56,626 nucleotides of DNA, from contig VBEJ01000038.1 in assembly GCA_005882985.1 (NCBI GenBank), forward strand, positions 1-56,626, written 5' to 3'. The notes under the pieces were generated by a model, which was not told the DNA's origin, did no database searches, and saw nothing but the letters and a program-made list of their open reading frames with translations. The position numbers and the translations under genes were made by a program. This stretch comes from Chloroflexota bacterium (GTDB lineage Bacteria > Chloroflexota > Dehalococcoidia > SM23-28-2 > RBG-16-64-32). Shown here piece after piece: positions 51,532 through 56,626 of this stretch (position 1 is the stretch's first letter; every line of letters begins with the position of its first letter).

Positions 51532-52242
51532 TTAAGCGCGAGGAGCCTGTTTCCTCCGAACGAGCATCAGGCCATCCCTGACCGTCAGGATGACGTTCGT
51601 GACCCGCTGATCTCGCGAGACGTGCTCGTTGAACGCGACGATAGCGCGGTCGCTCTCCTCTTTTGGGTCGAGGACGCGGCCGCTCCAGAGCACGTTGTCG
51701 ACGGCGATCAGGCCACTCTGTGAGAGAAGCCGCAACGCTTCCTCGTAGTAGGGAATGTAACTCTCCTTGTCGGCATCGATGAAGATGAGATCGAACGGAG
51801 GTTCGAGCGAACGCATGGTTTCTAGCGCTGGGCCTTCCTGAAGCGAGATCTTGTGCCCGTGCGGGCTACGCTCGAAGAAGCGGCGCGCGACTTCGATGGC
51901 CTTAGGGTCGACGTCGCAGGTGATCAGCTCCCCATTGTCCGGCAAGGCCACCGCCATCATCTGCGCGGCGAATCCCGTGAAGGTGCCGATCTCGAGGACC
52001 CGGCGTGCCTGCATGGAGGCGATAAGCATCTGGAGGAGCGTTCCCTCCAGTTGTCCAGAAAGCATGCGCGCCTGCCGCCCGAACCGTTCATGGGTAACCG
52101 AGATCAGCTCTTCGAGCAGCGGCGGCAAGGGCGTTGTGCGGGCCATGGCGTAGCGCTCGATGGGCTCGGGGACAAGCGCCAGCAGCGGTTGCTCGCGGCC
52201 CTGAGATGCGGGTTGTTGATCGCGCCCGCGGTCACTAGTCAT
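51532..52242 (-). CDS. O-methyltransferase (family 3, CCoAOMT-like)
   Basis: VLEIGTFTG, FDLIFIDADK, DNVLWSG, VRDG. Confidence 0.9.
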   Translation of the reverse strand: MTSDRGRDQQPASQGREQPLLALVPEPIERYAMARTTPLPPLLEELISVTHERFGRQARMLSGQLEGTLLQMLIASMQARRVLEIGTFTGFAAQMMAVALPDNGELITCDVDPKAIEVARRFFERSPHGHKISLQEGPALETMRSLEPPFDLIFIDADKESYIPYYEEALRLLSQSGLIAVDNVLWSGRVLDPKEESDRAIVAFNEHVSRDQRVTNVILTVRDGLMLVRRKQAPRA

Positions 52243-53938
52243 CGCGTGTCGCGTTCGCTTCGCCTAATTCGGCTCCGAGCATATCGAGACCCATTGGCCC
52301 GAGCGCGAGAGCCCGACTGTGGAAGTTTTTGAGGCTAAAAGAGACTCCGGCGCTTTGCCGAGCTGACTCTCGTGCTTCGAGCCATTTGCGCTCGCCTACC
52401 TTGTACGAAATGGCTTGCGCAGGCCAGCCGAGGTAGCGCAGGACCTCGCTTTCAAGGAACTCGCGCGGCCGCCGGGTGCGCTCAACGGCGAACTCCAGCA
52501 TCAGGTCGTGGTTCCACTTCTCGCCCGGATGGAAGCTTTCGGTCGCCGGAATCGCGAGTTCAAGATGCATTCCGATATCGATGATTACGCGGACACAGCG
52601 CAACGCCTGCGCGCTGAGCATCCCGAGGTAATAGTCCGGGTTCTCCAGATAGCCCAGTTCGCCCATCAGGCGCTCCGCGTACAGCGCCCAGCCTTCGCCG
52701 TGACCGGAAATGAAGGTCAGCGTTCGCTGGAAGCGCGACAACTCCTCGGCGAGCAGGCGTACACCCGCGACCTGAATGTGGTGGCCCGGCACGCCCTCGT
52801 GGTAGGCGATGCTCACCTCGCCCCATTTCGGGAAGCGCGTCCCGCCGTCCACCGGCCACCAGGTCCGGCCCGGGCGCGAGAAATCCTCCGAGGGGCCGGT
52901 GTAGTAAGGGATGAGGGCGCCGCCGGTGGGCGGGATCATGACCTCGATGCGGCGTATCTTATCGTCGATCTCGAAGTGCACGCCGTCCAGCGAGGCGATT
53001 GTCTCATCGTGCAGCTGCTGCAGCCAGTCGCGGTAGGCGTCGACTCCTTCGACAGCGCGGGCGGGGTCCGTCTGGAGCAGCTGTTTCGCCTCGTCGAGAG
53101 TAGCGCCGGGGGAAATCCGCCGCGCAGTCTCTGCCATCTCGCGCTCGACTCGATGCAGCTCTTCCCAGCCCCAGCGGTAGGTCTCCGGCAAATCGAGCGT
53201 CGCGCCTAAAAATAGGCGCGACAGCAGCTGGTAGCGCTCCTCGCCGCAGGCTTCGCGCTCTGTTGCTTTGGGCGCATACTCTTCGCGCAGCCAGCGGGAC
53301 ATTTCTGCATAGCCTTCGCGGGCGAGGCGCACCCCACGGCCCAGGTCGGTGCGGAGGGTTTCGGGCCCCGCTTCGGCTGCGTCGAACCGTGCCGCCAGTC
53401 CCGCGAAGAAGCCCCCTTCGCCGCTCCACACCTCTGCCTGCCGGACGCCTTCAAGGGCCTGACGGCGCGCTGCCGGCGTCGCGCGCTGCACGCCTTCCGA
53501 AAGCGCCTGCCGGTAGCCGGCGAGGGCGTCCGGCACCAGTTGAAGCCGTGCCGCCACGTTCGACCACTCCTCTTCTGTGGTGTACGGCATCTGGTCGAAC
53601 ACCTGGCGAATGTTCTGGAGCGGGCTCGCGATATTGTTCAAGTCCCGGAAGTGCTCACCCGCTGCGAAGAGGTCGAGGTGGACGCCGAGCCGCTCGAGCA
53701 TGACGCTACGCGCGATTCGATCTGCCCTTACTGACCCATTTGGATCGTCGGCGAGTGGTGCCGCTTCGAGATCTGCGACATAGCGGCGGTTGAAAGCGGC
53801 TATGGCAGCAACGCCGTCGGGCGAGAAGTCCGTCATCTCCCGTTCGTGGCCGGGGACGCCGATGTCCGTCGCGAGGATGGGGTCGAGCGCGGCGATCTCG
53901 TCGACGTAGCGGTGGGCGATATCGAAGACGTGGGACAT
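52235..53938 (-). CDS. DUF885 family putative metallopeptidase
   Basis: YHEGVPGHH, EGWALYAE, RYLGWPAQAISYKVG. Confidence 0.88.
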   Translation of the reverse strand: MSHVFDIAHRYVDEIAALDPILATDIGVPGHEREMTDFSPDGVAAIAAFNRRYVADLEAAPLADDPNGSVRADRIARSVMLERLGVHLDLFAAGEHFRDLNNIASPLQNIRQVFDQMPYTTEEEWSNVAARLQLVPDALAGYRQALSEGVQRATPAARRQALEGVRQAEVWSGEGGFFAGLAARFDAAEAGPETLRTDLGRGVRLAREGYAEMSRWLREEYAPKATEREACGEERYQLLSRLFLGATLDLPETYRWGWEELHRVEREMAETARRISPGATLDEAKQLLQTDPARAVEGVDAYRDWLQQLHDETIASLDGVHFEIDDKIRRIEVMIPPTGGALIPYYTGPSEDFSRPGRTWWPVDGGTRFPKWGEVSIAYHEGVPGHHIQVAGVRLLAEELSRFQRTLTFISGHGEGWALYAERLMGELGYLENPDYYLGMLSAQALRCVRVIIDIGMHLELAIPATESFHPGEKWNHDLMLEFAVERTRRPREFLESEVLRYLGWPAQAISYKVGERKWLEARESARQSAGVSFSLKNFHSRALALGPMGLDMLGAELGEANATRDD

Positions 53939-54092
53939 GCGCCAATGGTGCGGCGAGCGGCCGAGCGCTGTCAACGCAGCGACCCAGCGCTCCGCGCGTA
54001 TGATCGTGCGTCGTTGTTCGCTGCTGTCGGCGTCAAATGAGCAGGCAATTCGCGTTGCTATCTGCGTTGAAATCGGTTACAACGTTGGCACC

Positions 54093-54701
54093 ATGGGCGA
54101 TCCGGAGCCGCAAGAAAATTCTCAACTGCCTCGGCAGCCGGAGCCGCAATCAGGTGCAGAGCATGTGCCCGAGCGGCAACCCAGCGTGCCGTTCCCCCTC
54201 CAGCAGGGCGAGCGCGTGCTCCGCATCATCCGGCGGCACTGGTGGTTCCTCTGGCCGTACACTCTTTGGCTCGTCATCGTCGCCGTCGCGCCGGTCGTCG
54301 CCATCGCCTTGCTTTTCGACGCAATCGGCATCTTGGGCGACCTCGGCTGGTTCTTCTGGGTTCCGGCGTTGCTCTGGGTCCTCTACTGGGGGATTCGCGC
54401 TCTGTTCAACTGGTACCGCTATCACAACGACATCTGGGTGGTGACCAACCAGCGGCTAATCGACGTCTTCCGGAGCAACCCCCTCAACAAGCGGGTCTCA
54501 ACGGCGGACTTGGTAAACATTCAGGACATGAGGGTAGAGAGGCACGGCGTCACTGCCACGGTCCTTGGGTACTCGGACCTGCTCTGCAGCACAGCAGGAA
54601 CCGAGGGCGGTACTTTCACAATTAACGGCGTGCCTCAGGCGGAAGAGCTCCAACTCCTCATCGACCGCGAGCGCGACCGAGAGCGAATGAGGCGCGACTA
54701 G
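54093..54701 (+). CDS. Two-TM membrane protein with a bacterial PH-like domain
   Basis: GE....RRHW, two TM helices, VVTNQRLID..IQD..G. Confidence 0.75.
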   Translation: MGDPEPQENSQLPRQPEPQSGAEHVPERQPSVPFPLQQGERVLRIIRRHWWFLWPYTLWLVIVAVAPVVAIALLFDAIGILGDLGWFFWVPALLWVLYWGIRALFNWYRYHNDIWVVTNQRLIDVFRSNPLNKRVSTADLVNIQDMRVERHGVTATVLGYSDLLCSTAGTEGGTFTINGVPQAEELQLLIDRERDRERMRRD

Positions 54702-54719
54702 GGCCACCGGCCGTCGCCG

Positions 54720-55640
54720 CTACTCGCCTGTAATCCAGTCGGCTACTTCGTCGCCCCCGGGGCTGTTCGTGAGGCGCCGCTGGTCGCTGCCGTCAGCGTT
54801 CATGACGTAGAGTTCCTGGTCGCCGTCGCGGTCGGAAGAAAACGACAGGCGCGTCCCGTCCGGCGACCACTGTGGGCATTCCTCTTTGCCGTCGGTTGAA
54901 GTCAATTGACGGAGGTCCGAGCCGTCGGAGTCGACGACATAGACTTCGAAGTCGCCGTCGCGGTCAGAAATGAAGGCGATGTGGCGCCCGTCAGGTGACT
55001 GCTTAGCTTCTGAGTCTGTGCCGTCGCTTCCCGTCACCCGTACAGCTCCGCCCCCGTCGATCGGTTGGCGGTAGACGTCGAAGCTGCCGGCCTGGTTGCT
55101 CTCGTAGAGGACGGACTTACCGTCTGCGGTGAAGCTAGGGGTGCTATCCCAGATGTTTGTTGTATTAGTCAGGGCCGACTCTTGGCCGGTCTGCGGGTCG
55201 ATTAGCCAGATGTCTGCGTACACATGCTTCTTGTCTTCCGAAATCACGGTCCGCTGAAAGACGATGCGAGTTCCATCGGGAGACCATTCGGGGTAATCAT
55301 CGAGCACGGTGCCCGGGCCGCCCGCGCTAAACGTTAGCCGTCTGACGTTCGAGCCGTCGATGTCCATCAAGTGAAGCTGCGCGCTCTCGCCGCTGGCACG
55401 CTGCGAGGCAAAGGCAATGGTCTTACCATCGGGGCTCGCGTCGGGCTCGTAATCGCGGCCGGCCTCGTTTGTGAGTTGGCGGACGTCCGTCCCATCTGCG
55501 GCGATGGTGTAGATGTCGGCATCGCCATCGCGTTCGGAATCGAATACGAGCCTTTGGGTGGCGTCACCGTTCGTTCCGCATGCGGTGGTTAGAAAAAAAA
55601 GAAAGAGGGCGAGCGGGAGGCTCGCCCTCCGGTAGACTAG
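54720..55640 (-). CDS. TolB-like beta-propeller (PD40 repeat) protein, probable lipoprotein; start unresolved
   Basis: Repeated P.WSPDG..I.F.S.RDGD..IY.M.ADGS..R.LT blades; TTAC lipobox-like motif; no canonical start codon nearby. Confidence 0.8.
   Translation of the reverse strand, partial: LVYRRASLPLALFLFFLTTACGTNGDATQRLVFDSERDGDADIYTIAADGTDVRQLTNEAGRDYEPDASPDGKTIAFASQRASGESAQLHLMDIDGSNVRRLTFSAGGPGTVLDDYPEWSPDGTRIVFQRTVISEDKKHVYADIWLIDPQTGQESALTNTTNIWDSTPSFTADGKSVLYESNQAGSFDVYRQPIDGGGAVRVTGSDGTDSEAKQSPDGRHIAFISDRDGDFEVYVVDSDGSDLRQLTSTDGKEECPQWSPDGTRLSFSSDRDGDQELYVMNADGSDQRRLTNSPGGDEVADWITGE
55593..55629 (-). terminator. Intrinsic terminator after the LPXTG gene
   Basis: Perfect 10-bp stem GAGGGCGAGC/GCTCGCCCTC followed by TTTCTTTTTTTT on the minus strand. 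Confidence 0.75.
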
Positions 55641-55654
55641 TGATGCGCCCGGCT

Positions 55655-56296
55655 TTAGCGGACGCGGCTGAGTACAAAGCGGCCACCGACGAACGCGGCT
55701 GCGCTGACAGCGGACACCGCCACGATCACCCAAGGAAAGCCGGAGCTGCCGTTGGAGCCACCGCCTGTCACCGGCAACTGAGCCGGCGCGTTGAAGGTGG
55801 GCGTGGGGCTGGCGGTTGTCGCCGCCACGGTCGCTGCCGTGGTTGGCGATGCCGTTGCTGTCGCCGACGCCGTTGGGGAGGCGCTGATCCAATCCTTGGT
55901 CACGTTATCACAGGCGAGCGGCACGCCCAACAGCACCCGGGCCGCGGGCAGCGTGAAGATACAGGCGCTGATCGCGTCGGTGCCGACGCCGCCGGCGCCT
56001 GTGTAAGTGAAGGTGGCCTGCCCGTTCACATCGGTTGTGGGGGACGCGGTCTGGCCCGCGTTGGGCCCGCTCGTTACGTTGAAGACGACCGTGGCCCCCG
56101 AGAGAGGCGAGCCGTTGAATGTTACCGTCGCGGTTACGGTGTGATCCGTGTTGATGACGTTCGTTGCCGTATTGGGGGTCGCATCAACGACGACGACCTG
56201 CCCGGCGCTCGCTCCATGCGGCCCCGCCGTCGCGGTTGAGACCGCCGCCGCGAGCAGCGCTGTGCATATCCCAACGACTGCGATGAGTCTAGTCAT
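55655..56296 (-). CDS. Secreted Ig-like (Big_1-like) surface protein with an LPXTG-type sorting signal
   Basis: Signal peptide; TVTATV...G..V.F...GPN..TD.NG.ATFTY; Thr/Ala/Pro linker; LPVTG followed by a hydrophobic stretch and a basic tail. Confidence 0.8.
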   Translation of the reverse strand: MTRLIAVVGICTALLAAAVSTATAGPHGASAGQVVVVDATPNTATNVINTDHTVTATVTFNGSPLSGATVVFNVTSGPNAGQTASPTTDVNGQATFTYTGAGGVGTDAISACIFTLPAARVLLGVPLACDNVTKDWISASPTASATATASPTTAATVAATTASPTPTFNAPAQLPVTGGGSNGSSGFPWVIVAVSAVSAAAFVGGRFVLSRVR

Positions 56297-56413
56297 GATG
56301 ATTGCCTCCTATTGGCCGCGACCTAGAGGTGGCCAGACGGCTTCACTGGAGACATAAACGCGGGCCGCGGCCCGGCGGTTAACACGGCTGGCCCGCAGCA
56401 CCAGCCAGCCGTT

Positions 56414-56441
56414 TATCAGTTGTCAGCTATCAGTTGTTGGT
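56414..56441. repeat. Degenerate heptamer tandem repeat
   Basis: tatcagt tgtcagc tatcagt tgttggt just beyond the lipase stop. Confidence 0.5.
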
Positions 56442-56453
56442 TCTCAATTGAGA

Positions 56454-56626
56454 CTAGCGGACGAACTCCCGTACCTGGCCGTAGACCGTGAGGTCGGTGC
56501 GGAGGGCTGAGTGGCCCATGCACGACGTCTGCGTGTTGCTGGCGCCGCTGAGGATGACGCTGGTATCGGGGTTAATCAGCTCGTCGCAGGGGGACCACCA
56601 GGTGCCGTAGTTGACGGCGCCGGGGG
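56454..56626 (-). CDS. C-terminal end of a small secreted lipase/esterase (Lipase_2-like), truncated by the window edge
   Basis: Translates PGAVNYGTWWSPCDELINPDTSVILSGASNTQTSCMGHSALRTDLTVYGQVREFVR*, with catalytic Asp/His spacing like actinobacterial small lipases. Confidence 0.7.
   Translation of the reverse strand, partial: PGAVNYGTWWSPCDELINPDTSVILSGASNTQTSCMGHSALRTDLTVYGQVREFVR

Overview
GC-rich bacterial chromosomal segment. The gene style (short EF-Ts, RemA-gmk, T-box, many lipoprotein ABC binding proteins) suggests Chloroflexota, probably Dehalococcoidia; this is inference. It is mostly core metabolism: a peptide ABC cluster (binding protein, OppB-OppC-OppB); a long minus-strand aromatic amino acid block (site-2 protease, HD protein, tyrA, aroA, two remA-like genes, gmk, a Trp T-box, then trpS-trpE-SDR-trpG-trpD-trpC-methyltransferase-trpF-trpB-arsC); a Liv-type ABC transporter; an AKR next to a ChdC/Cld-Rieske fusion; an amidase lipoprotein; udgX; tRNA-Arg; mgtE; tRNA-His followed by CPBP-trpA-aroH-aroF-nadC; dtd; the rpsB-tsf-pyrH-frr-uppS-cdsA-dxr-rseP-ispG cluster; and several hydrolases and surface proteins. 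I see no integrase, transposase, prophage or CRISPR array. The best candidates for undescribed biology are a coproheme-decarboxylase-like protein fused to a Rieske ferredoxin, a leader-peptide attenuator ahead of a RimJ/RimL GNAT, tandem divergent RemA paralogs, extra enzymes translationally coupled inside the T-box trp operon, and a virion-protein-like beta domain inserted in OppC. All calls come from motif recognition by eye; no searches were run.
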